DNA from: a virus
Length of the DNA stretch: 64,000 nucleotides
Direction: 5' to 3' (one strand)
Virus record (IMG/VR): IMGVR_UViG_3300050120_000255
Coordinates: 1-64,000 of that record
Both the position numbers and the translations under genes were made by a program. This document shows positions 38,520-48,029 of this stretch, in pieces; positions within the stretch are counted from its first letter, which is position 1; every line of letters begins with the position of its first letter. A model generated the notes under the pieces. That model did not search any database, was not told the origin of the DNA, and saw only the letters and a list, made by a program, of their open reading frames with translations.

Positions 38520-40304
38520 TTAGCGATCTTGCCCTTTGATGAAGGGTTTCGGATCGTTGTAAGACTGCTTGAACGCCGCCAGGGCCAAAGCTTGTGGATT
38601 TTCCGCGAGGACCTTCAGCATACGGGTCAAATCGGCGTTCTGGTCGGGCTCGGCCTCGCCGCCTTTATTGACGGCGCCGGCGCGGGCCTGAATTGGTAGA
38701 GGGAGTGGCTGCTCCTCGATATTTTTCACACTCTTGAGTAGATCGAGCATTTGCTCGGACATGGTCTCGAATTTCTTACCGAGAGCCTCATTGAGAGCAT
38801 GGACCTTGCGAAGCTCATCCGAGTCGGTTGCGACCTTGGCAAGCGCCACATCGGCTTCCACCTTGGCCACCTTTTCGAGTTCTACCTTCGCGGCCTCAGC
38901 TTTGAGAACAGCGCGCTTGGCGATCAGCGCGTCAACGAACGGCTGAGGCAGATATTTGCGGACCGCTTCGAATTCGCCTTCCGGCAGCGCGACGGCGCAA
39001 GCCATCCAATCGACAACGAGCATGTCATCAACGTTCTGACCTTGGGTCAGTTCGGCGGTCTCTTCCTGAACCATCAGCACGAGGGTCGCGCAGAGGTCTT
39101 CGAGGTTCGAATGGAGCATTGCCGGGAGCGGCGAGTTGTCGTTTTCCTCCTTGGCCTCCATGTGAACGGCCATCTTCACGTCGAAGATTTCTTCGATGAG
39201 ACAGGAAAGCCGCGAGATGGTGCGCATCCCCTTCTCGAGACCGAGCTGAGCGACAAGTGTCTTCTCGCCTTTGGCCGCGGTGAAAGACTTGAGCAAACCG
39301 GTTTCGACGGCCACGACAGCGGCTTCTTCGACAACAGCGGCCGGCGCGGCGCGCTTAGAGACTTCGGCCGCCAACTCCGCGAGAACCGCGTCGGACGCCG
39401 CCGTCTTGGCCGCAACCACCGCCGCTGCATCGAACGCCTCGTTGTGGGCGATCATCTCGGCTTTCTTTTTGAAGAGCGAGCCGTCACGGCTCGACTTCCA
39501 AACCTGTTCGCCGTGCTCGTTTTCGACCGGCGTAGCCGTCTTGACGACTTCGACGGCAGCTTCGATCTCCGCGGCCTTCTCGACCTTGTCCTCGACGACC
39601 ACTTCGGCCACCGTCTCGACTTTGGCGACGCCTTCGACGACCAGAGCGGCCTTCTCGATCACCGTGCCGCCGTCGCCCGTTTCGGCCATCAATTGGTCAC
39701 GCGCGGCTTCAACGAAGTCGCCCCACCCCTTGGCTCCTGCAGCTTTAGCAAGCTCCTGGGCGCGATCGGCAACTTGGTGACTCGTCGGCATTGGGACCTC
39801 TTTGGAATGAAATTTGCGCAGCTCGGCGACGCCGTCCGCTTTGATCATGGAAAAAGTTGCATCAGGAAGGCACGGGAGATCCACAAGCGAAACCTCGCAC
39901 GGATCGGCGGTGTAGCGCTGCAATCCGGTGTCTTTATCGAGCCAACGCTTCACATATGCGCCGCCTTGACTGAAACCGGTGTAGACGCCCTCGACCACCT
40001 TGTTCCATTCGGCGTCATCAACGACCTTGGCGCAGATCTCGATCTGCTTGGCATCGTCGTTGAACTCGATCATCGTCACTTTGCCGGCAGCGACATTGCC
40101 ATGCATCGCCCGGACGTTGCCAAGCGACTTCCCGTCGGTCGACTTGGAAATATCGGACGACCACTTCTCATAGAAGGGCTTCGTCGTGGCGTAATCGCAG
40201 ATCTCCCCCGACCGATCCTCCGTTTCCCCGGTCGCGATGCCGTAAACGAGCCTTTTGGCTACGTCGACCTTCGTGATCGGAATGAAAAGTTTGAGGTCGG
40301 CCAT
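38520..40304 (-). CDS. prohead protease/scaffold fusion (XkdF-like)
   Basis: IPITKVD...LVYG, RAMH, GVYTGFSQGG, EVSLVDLPC.P.A; Ala/Glu/Lys-rich scaffold tail. Confidence 0.85.
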   Translation of the reverse strand: MADLKLFIPITKVDVAKRLVYGIATGETEDRSGEICDYATTKPFYEKWSSDISKSTDGKSLGNVRAMHGNVAAGKVTMIEFNDDAKQIEICAKVVDDAEWNKVVEGVYTGFSQGGAYVKRWLDKDTGLQRYTADPCEVSLVDLPCLPDATFSMIKADGVAELRKFHSKEVPMPTSHQVADRAQELAKAAGAKGWGDFVEAARDQLMAETGDGGTVIEKAALVVEGVAKVETVAEVVVEDKVEKAAEIEAAVEVVKTATPVENEHGEQVWKSSRDGSLFKKKAEMIAHNEAFDAAAVVAAKTAASDAVLAELAAEVSKRAAPAAVVEEAAVVAVETGLLKSFTAAKGEKTLVAQLGLEKGMRTISRLSCLIEEIFDVKMAVHMEAKEENDNSPLPAMLHSNLEDLCATLVLMVQEETAELTQGQNVDDMLVVDWMACAVALPEGEFEAVRKYLPQPFVDALIAKRAVLKAEAAKVELEKVAKVEADVALAKVATDSDELRKVHALNEALGKKFETMSEQMLDLLKSVKNIEEQPLPLPIQARAGAVNKGGEAEPDQNADLTRMLKVLAENPQALALAAFKQSYNDPKPFIKGQDR

Positions 40305-40307
40305 AAA

Positions 40308-41858
40308 CTACTCTTCCTCTTCGGGCTCATAGCCCTTTCGCGCCGTCATCGACGGCCCGGTCTGAACTTTCGGCGTTGTCGCCGCCGGGGACCCCTGTGT
40401 TCCCTTCGGAACTCCTATCCCAGGAGCCCCCGGAGGTTTTGGGGGAGAAATCTTCGCCCGAGCCTTCAATCCTTCGATTGTGTTGGCATCCACGGGAATC
40501 ATTCCAAGGGCGGTATAAATCATCGGAACGTCGAAGGCGGGGTTATCGATCCTATCTATCCCCACTTCTATTCGTGCTTCGTTTAGACTCTTTATACCTA
40601 ATTTCACCTGTCCGTCAAGTATGGTCGCCTTGGCGGACTCGTCGACGCTATCTTCGCGGCCAAAAATGAACTCGACGTCGGGTGCCTCAAGCTCTGTGTC
40701 TATTACATCATCGATTAGTTCCTTGACCCAGGCCATGATCGGCACGAGGCCTTCTTCCTCGGCCGACGCCTTTTGCGTGTCGCCGGACGCCCGGTTCGTC
40801 TGCTTGATGAGGCTGTTCGGTGAAACCGAGAAGGCAAAGCAAACGACGCGCGACAGCCAGTCGTCGAATTCCGCCTTCAGATCCGGTTCTTTGGTCTGAT
40901 GGAAGTTGGCGCCGGTCCCGCCCGGCATGAATTTGACCTTCCGGCGTGCGCCCTCGGAGCCGCCGAAGTAGACGTCCCAATATTTCTGATAGGCCTTGAT
41001 TTGGTCAGGCGACCAGGTATCCGGGACGTTGGCGATCGCGTCTGGAATATTTCCTTCCGTGAAATAAGCTGTCGTGAAAGCTTGCCGGCGCAGCGCCAAG
41101 TTGACCGTGGCGATGATCTGCTCGGTCGGGGAATACCCGTAAAACGAATTGGAGCGAACGTTGCGCGGCTTATAGATCAAGTCGCGCACGGAATAGTCAA
41201 CCGCTGGGTAGCCCTTGAGGATTTGCTGATAGGCGACTGGATAGATCGTTTTCCCACCCTGCTTATACGGCAGCGGCGTGCGTCCGAAGCTGTCAATTAC
41301 CGGATTCAGCGTGGCTCCATCGATCGGATACAACGCTGTCAGCTTTCCGCCGCGATTCCGTTGCTTATAGACCGCTGGCGCGTCGATGACGAATAGATCC
41401 TCGAGCAGCATCCCGAGCCACTCGGAAAACGTGTGAAAACCGTCCGGCTTCTTAAAGAATTGCGTGACCCGCTGAGTTTGCTCGGAAACATCTTTCTTGG
41501 TGTGCCGGTTTTTCGGCTGCAGGCTCCAATGGAGGCGCTTGGCCTGATCTTTGCGCGTCTCGATGACGAGGCGCAGCAGATCCCAGTTCTCCGCCATGGC
41601 CCGCAGAGTGTGAAAATCGACGGGCTTATAGACACGGGAAACCGTGTTTAGGTTATATCCGGAAGGATAATCGGTCTGGCGGCTGGCGACCCCCGGGGGC
41701 GCGATCGGGAAGATCGGCTGAAGTGGTCCGAACCAATCCGCGCCCTCAACAGGCTTTGGAGCCGGGGCGTTCGGATTCCCATACGAAATTTCAACCTGAT
41801 AAGCGCTCTGGTTGACGTATGCTCCTGCGCGGCCGCCGCGGGTAGGGGCGTCTGCCAT
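40308..41858 (-). CDS. portal protein
   Basis: LEDLFVIDA, IDGAT, YG.SP.EQI, YFTEGNIP, SLNEAR. Confidence 0.9.
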   Translation of the reverse strand: MADAPTRGGRAGAYVNQSAYQVEISYGNPNAPAPKPVEGADWFGPLQPIFPIAPPGVASRQTDYPSGYNLNTVSRVYKPVDFHTLRAMAENWDLLRLVIETRKDQAKRLHWSLQPKNRHTKKDVSEQTQRVTQFFKKPDGFHTFSEWLGMLLEDLFVIDAPAVYKQRNRGGKLTALYPIDGATLNPVIDSFGRTPLPYKQGGKTIYPVAYQQILKGYPAVDYSVRDLIYKPRNVRSNSFYGYSPTEQIIATVNLALRRQAFTTAYFTEGNIPDAIANVPDTWSPDQIKAYQKYWDVYFGGSEGARRKVKFMPGGTGANFHQTKEPDLKAEFDDWLSRVVCFAFSVSPNSLIKQTNRASGDTQKASAEEEGLVPIMAWVKELIDDVIDTELEAPDVEFIFGREDSVDESAKATILDGQVKLGIKSLNEARIEVGIDRIDNPAFDVPMIYTALGMIPVDANTIEGLKARAKISPPKPPGAPGIGVPKGTQGSPAATTPKVQTGPSMTARKGYEPEEEE

Positions 41859-41886
41859 TAGATGGCCTCGGTGCTAAATGCCACGC

Positions 41887-42183
41887 TTAGACTTTTCCAC
41901 CGGTGACGCTGTGCGTCCAACCACTTCCGGTCCAGGTCACAACCGCGCCGACGGTCGTGTCGAGGTATCGTTCCCCAACTTTGGGCGCCGTTGGACGAAG
42001 GGCGGTCGTCCCGACTTGGGCATTCGGTCCGGCGGTGTTGATCCAGCCATTAGCGATCAGGACCTTGGCGTCGAATTCTGGCACGTCAACGGTAGATCCC
42101 ACGTTGCACGAATAGGTGCGCCCGTTGACCGCCATCGGCTCGTGAGTGTTATTGTCAGGGGGTGTCAAACGCCAATTGGCCAT
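41887..42183 (-). CDS. small structural protein
   Basis: VNGRTY...VPEFDA.VL.ANGW; GTTALRP...G..YLDTT...W.G.GW. Confidence 0.7.
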   Translation of the reverse strand: MANWRLTPPDNNTHEPMAVNGRTYSCNVGSTVDVPEFDAKVLIANGWINTAGPNAQVGTTALRPTAPKVGERYLDTTVGAVVTWTGSGWTHSVTGGKV

Positions 42184-42251
42184 GGATTCTCCTATCTATC
42201 CGCAATGCTTACAGCAATTTCGGCGCAGAGTCTAGGTCGCCGCTCTGCCCG

Positions 42252-43712
42252 CTAATTCAGGTAGCGCTCAACCGTATGGACACCATTGTTCCGATCTTCC
42301 TGCTCCGCGGCGAGGCGGCGGTAGAATTCAACCATGCCGGACGTGTCAGCGGTCCCGAGGAGGTCGGTCGCGGCCCAGACATATGCGTCGGCGTGGTCAG
42401 GCGATCCCGCGCCCTTGTAGCCACCCTCTGAGAATGCGCAGAGCTGATCCTCGAGAATCGGAAAATCCCCGACGTGATGGATGCGGCCGGCAGCGGCGTG
42501 GACCGAGATCGGCTCGGCCCGGACGATCTTGCCTCGGGTCGCGGAAACGAGCCTAACGGGAACGTTCGGGTCGACTGCTTGTATGGTGGACCGAACCATC
42601 TCCCCGCCGAAGTTTGCCTCGGCTATGATCGCGTCGGCGCTGTATTGGTGGTAGAGAGCGACCGCCCTCGTCGCCCATTGCTGCGGGCCGGCGCGCAGCG
42701 ATCCGTCCTCAAGCACAAAGGCGTGGCCGATCATATTTTTGGCCATGACGACAATTCCGATTTCGTCCTTTGACGTGTCCTCTTCGTTTCGGGCGCCCGA
42801 TGGATCGACCGCGACGACCACGCGCTGGCGATCGGAGATGGGGATCTCGCTCGGCTCGACGCGGTTTTTCGCGATGCTTTCGTAGGTCCAGAGCGCGCCC
42901 TCGACCTCGTCGACGAACACCCCCTCAAAGAAGCGCTTGCGCTGCTTGTCCGGCTGGTAGGCTAAGCTATCCAGAAACTTTTTGCTCAGGTTGTGAGCGT
43001 TATCAACCGGATTGAGGTTCGCATAGACGTATTCGTGCGGATCGCGGAGCTTTTTCTTGCTGACCGGGTCGACCTTTTGAACGAAAAGCTGGTTGGTCCA
43101 ATGCGACTTGCCGACGGGGTTCAAATCGACGTAGGCGCGCTGCGGTATGGCATCATGCACCTGCGCCAGGCGGGTCATCGCGACAAGGAACGACGCGAAC
43201 GGGATCTGCGACGCCTCGTTGAGGAAAATCGTTGAAAACTCGGTGCCCAGGATCTTTTCGACGCGTTCTTTGTCGTCGAGGCCACCGATCCAGATCTGAG
43301 AGCCGTTCGGAAGCTGAAAATATCCGTCCTGCCGGGCTTCTTCGAGCTTGAGGCCGGGGAAACAGATCCGAACGACGTTGGGCAGCGTGTCGAGCGCCAA
43401 TGAGTGCCGCGCCGCGTTGCCGCGGAACCTCAGCATGGCGTGGCGTGTCCCCGCCGCCATCGCCGCGCGCTTGAGGATGGCCCGAACGATCAGAAAGGTC
43501 TTGCCGGAGCGCGTCCCGCCGTAGAGGCAGGAATGCCGCGCGACCGGCGCGGCTAGCGCCTCCCACGCCGCGCGCTGCTTCGGGCTGACTAGGATCTGCT
43601 CCGGTTTCAGCTCCGGCTTCCGGCCCTCCCCTATTTCGAGGAGTTGGGCTCGCGTCGCCTTTGGCCCGAATATTGACATTTCCTTCACGGACGGGAGGAG
43701 ATACTCGGACAC
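42252..43712 (-). CDS. terL: terminase large subunit
   Basis: GGTRSGKT Walker A, FLNEASQ Walker B, VAVDPSG, EANFGG, SPDHADA. Confidence 0.95.
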   Translation of the reverse strand: MSEYLLPSVKEMSIFGPKATRAQLLEIGEGRKPELKPEQILVSPKQRAAWEALAAPVARHSCLYGGTRSGKTFLIVRAILKRAAMAAGTRHAMLRFRGNAARHSLALDTLPNVVRICFPGLKLEEARQDGYFQLPNGSQIWIGGLDDKERVEKILGTEFSTIFLNEASQIPFASFLVAMTRLAQVHDAIPQRAYVDLNPVGKSHWTNQLFVQKVDPVSKKKLRDPHEYVYANLNPVDNAHNLSKKFLDSLAYQPDKQRKRFFEGVFVDEVEGALWTYESIAKNRVEPSEIPISDRQRVVVAVDPSGARNEEDTSKDEIGIVVMAKNMIGHAFVLEDGSLRAGPQQWATRAVALYHQYSADAIIAEANFGGEMVRSTIQAVDPNVPVRLVSATRGKIVRAEPISVHAAAGRIHHVGDFPILEDQLCAFSEGGYKGAGSPDHADAYVWAATDLLGTADTSGMVEFYRRLAAEQEDRNNGVHTVERYLN

Positions 43713-44326
43713 TAGAGACCCTTATCCTCCTCGCCGAAATTCAGCGTAATCGGATCTTGGTTGACCTTCTCGTCGATGCTGAACGCCACGCGCTCGAGGC
43801 CCTGGACCCGTGTGTGGATACGAGAGAGCTTCTCGATGATGTCGGACACCGATTCCTTGTTGTTCATGAACGGCGCCTCTATCTCAGATCCATCCACGAA
43901 GATCTTGATAGGCTTACCGTCCATATAGGCGTCGAGGCGCTCGGTCAGTTTCGAGGTGATGCCGCGCAGGCGCCGGAGGTCTTTTCGATGTTCTAGAACA
44001 ACGAGAACCGCCGACTGCGCCATCGCCTGAACCATTCGTTCCTCGTCTTCAAGGAACTTGGTGTTGGAGGGCGCGAGGTTGCGACCTTTGCCGTCATCAT
44101 CAGGTTTGTGCTCTTCGGCAAGCCGGCTTTGCAGAGCGATCTTAAAACGGTCTTTGAGATCCCGCTGCCAATTTTCAGACTTGGCGCGCTTGAGGAGCAT
44201 CTGCGTCGACATATTGAATTGTTTGGCGAGAGCCGCGTCGGAAATATTCCCGATACGCCATTTAAGCTCTACCGCCTTCCAATCGTACCGCGGCCGGGTG
44301 TCGGGAATTTTTTCAAGCGCCGTCAT
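43712..44326 (-). CDS. terS: terminase small subunit
   Basis: DW..VE..WR.G.IS...LA.QF......KRAK..NW.RDL; directly upstream of terL. Confidence 0.8.
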   Translation of the reverse strand: MTALEKIPDTRPRYDWKAVELKWRIGNISDAALAKQFNMSTQMLLKRAKSENWQRDLKDRFKIALQSRLAEEHKPDDDGKGRNLAPSNTKFLEDEERMVQAMAQSAVLVVLEHRKDLRRLRGITSKLTERLDAYMDGKPIKIFVDGSEIEAPFMNNKESVSDIIEKLSRIHTRVQGLERVAFSIDEKVNQDPITLNFGEEDKGL

Positions 44327-44670
44327 GAATCCAATCCTACGAAAAATACACATCTCGCGCCCGAGGGGCCGCTGTCGAATACCCGCATTTTAACGCGGTC
44401 AGCGGAGATCATCGGCCAGACCGGGGCGTGAACGGTTTGGGGAATTCCCCGCTGTTTGATCAGGCGTTGCGATTGGATCTCGGCCATGGCCTTACTTTCA
44501 GCGTCAGAGACGTGGACCGCCCACTGCAACTCCTCGATCGCCTGGTCGCGATAGATGTGACCGTGCTCACCAGCCATTGAGGGTAGAGTGAAGGTCTTCT
44601 GCACCATTACGAAAGGCCAGCTCGATCCGACGGCGCGGTCCTCGTCCTGCTTCGAATTCTTCCGGCTCAT
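44323..44670 (-). CDS. hypothetical protein
   Basis: translationally coupled ORF. Confidence 0.55.
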   Translation of the reverse strand: MSRKNSKQDEDRAVGSSWPFVMVQKTFTLPSMAGEHGHIYRDQAIEELQWAVHVSDAESKAMAEIQSQRLIKQRGIPQTVHAPVWPMISADRVKMRVFDSGPSGARCVFFVGLDS

Positions 44671-45032
44671 TTACCGCGCTCGTCGCGCGCCGATGCATAG
44701 ATCGGGTTTTTACACTCCGCACTCCATTCCCCGGTTGCCGCGTATTTGGCGATGGTGTCTGCATTCTCAAACAGCCGCCGGATCGTCGCGGAATTGTCGA
44801 AGCTGTGCTCGCCGATCAATAATTCGATTGCCCGCAGCCGGACGTTGGCCAGCAGGCGGACCCCGGCGAGTTCGGAATTGGTCAGCGCCCTCGCCTGGAT
44901 ATCTGGGTCTGGAAGCGGATGGGCTGTCCAAGTCCCGACCTTGACCTCAAGCTCGTAGACCTGGCTTTGGAGCCCCATCTGCTGCAATCGGAGGGTACTG
45001 AGGTCGCTTGCCGTTTGTGCGTCTTGAGTCAT
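44667..45032 (-). CDS. hypothetical protein
   Basis: GGAGG RBS; coupled to next gene. Confidence 0.55.
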   Translation of the reverse strand: MTQDAQTASDLSTLRLQQMGLQSQVYELEVKVGTWTAHPLPDPDIQARALTNSELAGVRLLANVRLRAIELLIGEHSFDNSATIRRLFENADTIAKYAATGEWSAECKNPIYASARDERGK

Positions 45033-45366
45033 TTTTTTAATCCTCCGTTGCGAGGGGAAGTCTGGCGGGGCCGGAGACGCTCTCATGGTCAAAGCATCTG
45101 TTTTGGTAGGAGCGCTCGCGCTATCCCCGCCAGATTTAATCATCGTATAGAAGATGATCTATTCGATGTCAAGATAGATAGAAAGCGGCGTTTAATTTAT
45201 CCACTCAGGAAAACGCCGAAAGACTGAGGCAACTCCCTGTAGCCGGAGGGAAAGGACAAAACCTTCACGGCAGGGATGGACGCCATTTCTCGGGCTTGGG
45301 CTAAATGAGCATGGCACCGAGGCGTGTCCATTTTGTAACAGTGATCTATCACTATGTCAAATAGAC

Positions 45367-45393
45367 GAAAGGGCCCGGATTTCTCCGAGCCCT
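45367..45393 (-). terminator. intrinsic terminator of the 48349->45474 operon
   Basis: AGGGCTCGGA-GAAA-TCCGGGCCCT-TTC. Confidence 0.6.
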
Positions 45394-45473
45394 CCTGTCG
45401 TGGCCTACTGACCAATCATCGCCGCTCTTCCCTTTCGGGCGCTTTCAAGCGTGTTGGGATTTCGCCACGGCAT

Positions 45474-45953
45474 TCACGGCGTCCCGGGCCATCTGGTTAC
45501 GGAGCCCGGCGCGGTCAAGTGCACGGTCTGGATACCGAGCGCAAGTTTCGTGTCGTTGAGATTGCTGATCAGGGTTTCTTGCCGCCAGGCCAGCGTCGCC
45601 CACTCCTGGTTCGCTGTGTCCGCCTTCTCGAGTGCCGCTTGGACGCGCTCCAGTTCCTTTTCAACGATTTGGATATACCCTTCCCTATTATCGTTGATCC
45701 TGGCAAGCGCTATGATTTCGGCTTTCTGCTGCTCGTTGAGGTCATGCAAGGAGGTATTGGCCGCTAGAAGGACTTGAATGTTTACCTGCTCGCCGTCAAC
45801 CTCGGAGGTCAGGCCGGCATCGACTTCCTGATCCAGGGCAGCGTTTACGGTTTCAAGCTCATCCTGCAGCCGCGCGCGATCGGCGACTGCGGTTTCGTAA
45901 TGCTTAAACAAGAGGCCGGCCACTCCGGCGTCGACTCGCAATTCGATTGCCAT
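45474..45953 (-). CDS. acidic coiled-coil protein
   Basis: AAGGAG RBS; heptad pattern. Confidence 0.65.
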   Translation of the reverse strand: MAIELRVDAGVAGLLFKHYETAVADRARLQDELETVNAALDQEVDAGLTSEVDGEQVNIQVLLAANTSLHDLNEQQKAEIIALARINDNREGYIQIVEKELERVQAALEKADTANQEWATLAWRQETLISNLNDTKLALGIQTVHLTAPGSVTRWPGTP

Positions 45954-45988
45954 GAAATTCTCCTTTGGTTGCAAAATGGATCTAGAAA

Positions 45989-46219
45989 TTACGCGGTGCC
46001 GGGGGAAGCCTCGGCGTGGCAAAGCATATGGAACGCGACGGCCCACATAGCGTTGAGTACCTTCATCGTCTCGGTCGAGAAACCCCGCAGGATTGCATCC
46101 CCGGCAGCCTCATCAACTTGACGAGCGGCTGCCGACATGGCCTGGGAGCGCTCTTGGTTGCCGAGCTTCCATTGCGCGTCAGCAGCCCTCCGCAGCTTCC
46201 CCGCTATGTCAGTGGTCAT
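45989..46219 (-). CDS. hypothetical protein
   Basis: GAGG RBS; operon context. Confidence 0.55.
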   Translation of the reverse strand: MTTDIAGKLRRAADAQWKLGNQERSQAMSAAARQVDEAAGDAILRGFSTETMKVLNAMWAVAFHMLCHAEASPGTA

Positions 46220-46619
46220 AGAGGACCTCGCGCCAATGGAGGACCGAGCCACCGTCTGTCTTCGTCACGGCGCCGTCGGCAGGAACATGGGCTTTGTTCC
46301 ACAACGAGAAGAACAGTGGCGGCGCTGGCTTGGCGAAGTCCTCGTCTTCTTCCTGTTGAACGAATTCCTCGTCGACGTCCTCATGAATCCACTCAACCAA
46401 TCGATCGCGATTCTGGGAACGCCCTGAGATGTCGTATTCGAGGACCTGGGCGACCCAATCGATGCCTTCGCGAAGGATGAGGACGCGCAGCGGTCCGGAG
46501 ATCGGCGGCCTTGTCGAGTTCGCCGCGGGTGGCGGGGCGTAGTTGCCACAGGTCTTAGCGAGCGGTTGAAGAAGGGACATACGCACCAGCTCGCTCGGGT
46601 ACTGATTGACTTCGGTCAT
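46209..46619 (-). CDS. hypothetical protein
   Basis: coupled to the array; LILREG.DWVAQ.LEYDI segment resembles an antitoxin HicB-like N-terminal fold. Confidence 0.55.
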   Translation of the reverse strand: MTEVNQYPSELVRMSLLQPLAKTCGNYAPPPAANSTRPPISGPLRVLILREGIDWVAQVLEYDISGRSQNRDRLVEWIHEDVDEEFVQQEEDEDFAKPAPPLFFSLWNKAHVPADGAVTKTDGGSVLHWREVLYDH

Positions 46620-46852
46620 CAAATTGATTTTCCTTTCCGCGGGCTCTCCGCCCAAACAGTTTGAAGACTTGCAAGACGGATCTCTCCCGCGGCGCGGCGC
46701 TTGCGGATGATCGCGACGGCCGAGACGTGCGCTTCGAGATCAGTGGCGCCGTGCAGCTTCGCGACCGACTTGAGGCCATCGCCCGTGAACGGACTCTGCC
46801 GCATCAGCGCGGCGACGTGCTGCTCGAAGGCGGAGCGGTTGAAGGCGCTCAT
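46619..46852 (-). CDS. winged-helix-like mini-protein 7
   Basis: AFEQHV...PFT...A..HG...RKRRAAGEI...W. Confidence 0.7.
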   Translation of the reverse strand: MSAFNRSAFEQHVAALMRQSPFTGDGLKSVAKLHGATDLEAHVSAVAIIRKRRAAGEIRLASLQTVWAESPRKGKSI

Positions 46853-47061
46853 GTCGTGAACCACCGCTTCAATCCTCGGTCGTAAACAGCCTCGTCGGCG
46901 CGGCGCATCCGTTGCATGAGGGCGCTGGCGACTGCCCGCGCGTTCTGCGCGTCGCATCCGTACCGGATCGCGATGGCCGCGATGTCATCGATCAGAAGAG
47001 CCCAGCCGTACAGCCGGACCCGCACATCCTGGCGAAACTGGATTTGGTTGAAGGCGCTCAC
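46849..47061 (-). CDS. winged-helix-like mini-protein 6
   Basis: QFRQDV...DIAAIA..YG...QRMRRADEAVY...W; GTGA overlap. Confidence 0.7.
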   Translation of the reverse strand: MSAFNQIQFRQDVRVRLYGWALLIDDIAAIAIRYGCDAQNARAVASALMQRMRRADEAVYDRGLKRWFTT

Positions 47062-47276
47062 TTCGACACCTCCTGCCACGCATGAACCGTGGGACAATAT
47101 TTGACCTCCCCAGCCAGGCGACGGATGGAGAGATAGTTGTCGGCGGCCTTTGCCAGTAGCCAATCAGGGCAGCCGAAATTTCCAGCAATCCCCATTATCT
47201 CAGACCGAGTGAATGATCCGTCGGCGGTGCGCTTGCGCGCGGCCGCCTCGAATCCGAGCCTGTCGGACGAGGTCAT
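47058..47276 (-). CDS. winged-helix-like mini-protein 5
   Basis: GFEAAA...SFT..EI..IA..FG...AAD..L..RRLAGEVKY...W. Confidence 0.7.
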   Translation of the reverse strand: MTSSDRLGFEAAARKRTADGSFTRSEIMGIAGNFGCPDWLLAKAADNYLSIRRLAGEVKYCPTVHAWQEVSK

Positions 47277-47509
47277 CACTTGGCGACCTCGAACCACATT
47301 GTTGCGCGGCCGGACCGCTCGTGAAAAACCTCGCCGTCCTTGCGGCGCTTTTGCAAGAATCGATCAGCTACCCGATCCGCTCGACTAAACGGAAAACCGA
47401 ACGTTTTGGCGAGCTCCCCCAGTTCTCGTTGCTGGCAGGGTCCGGCACGCAGCGCCTCCCGCGCCGCCTTCTCGAACCCGGCGTTGTCTTCTTGCAGGGG
47501 CGCGCTCAC
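47276..47509 (-). CDS. winged-helix-like mini-protein 4
   Basis: GFEKAA...EL.ELA..FG...VADRFLQKRRKDGEV...W. Confidence 0.7.
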   Translation of the reverse strand: MSAPLQEDNAGFEKAAREALRAGPCQQRELGELAKTFGFPFSRADRVADRFLQKRRKDGEVFHERSGRATMWFEVAK

Positions 47510-47760
47510 GAACGAAGATCCAAGGACCAGATGGTCCCTAAATTCATCGTCCGGTACGGCAGCGTCAGTTTGCCTGCCTTGCGCAGCTTTCGGATCAGCC
47601 GGCGGACCGCGGCGCGCGGCGAGAAGCCGACATCATATTTGCGCGCCATGTAGACTAGGGCTTTGGTGGGGCAGGTCCATTCGCCGAGGCGGTGGATTGC
47701 GGCAGCTTCGAACGCCTCGACGCCGCCGATTTCGATGTCAGGCGTCAGGGCGGCGCTCAT
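47506..47760 (-). CDS. winged-helix-like mini-protein 3
   Basis: AFEAAA...MARKY...RRLIRKLRKAGKL...W. Confidence 0.7.
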   Translation of the reverse strand: MSAALTPDIEIGGVEAFEAAAIHRLGEWTCPTKALVYMARKYDVGFSPRAAVRRLIRKLRKAGKLTLPYRTMNLGTIWSLDLRS

Positions 47761-48029
47761 GATCCGCGTCTCCAAAACCGGAGAAGTCGGCCCGTCCGGC
47801 GGAACATCGTTTTGTTGGACATGCAATCATGGAAGGCGACAAACCGCCCGTCCTTCAGGCCATCAGCAACGAACTTGCGAGCATCAATGAAGGCTTCCGA
47901 GAGGGACCCGGCGTGAAACTGTGTGATGACCGCAATGTCATTCACCTCGAACGGGCTGCTGCGAATGCGGGCCTCTACCAGTGCCTCGGCGATGATCTGA
48001 TTATCAGGCGCGGGAGCCGCGGCGCTCAT
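47757..48029 (-). CDS. winged-helix-like mini-protein 2
   Basis: RSSPFEVNDI...ARKFVADGLKDGRF. Confidence 0.6.
   Translation of the reverse strand: MSAAAPAPDNQIIAEALVEARIRSSPFEVNDIAVITQFHAGSLSEAFIDARKFVADGLKDGRFVAFHDCMSNKTMFRRTGRLLRFWRRGS

Noticed and set aside
38751-40586. 611-aa plus-strand ORF (likewise 29372-30454 and 31746-32699)
   Set aside because: Antisense shadows of high-GC, codon-biased structural genes, with no motifs.
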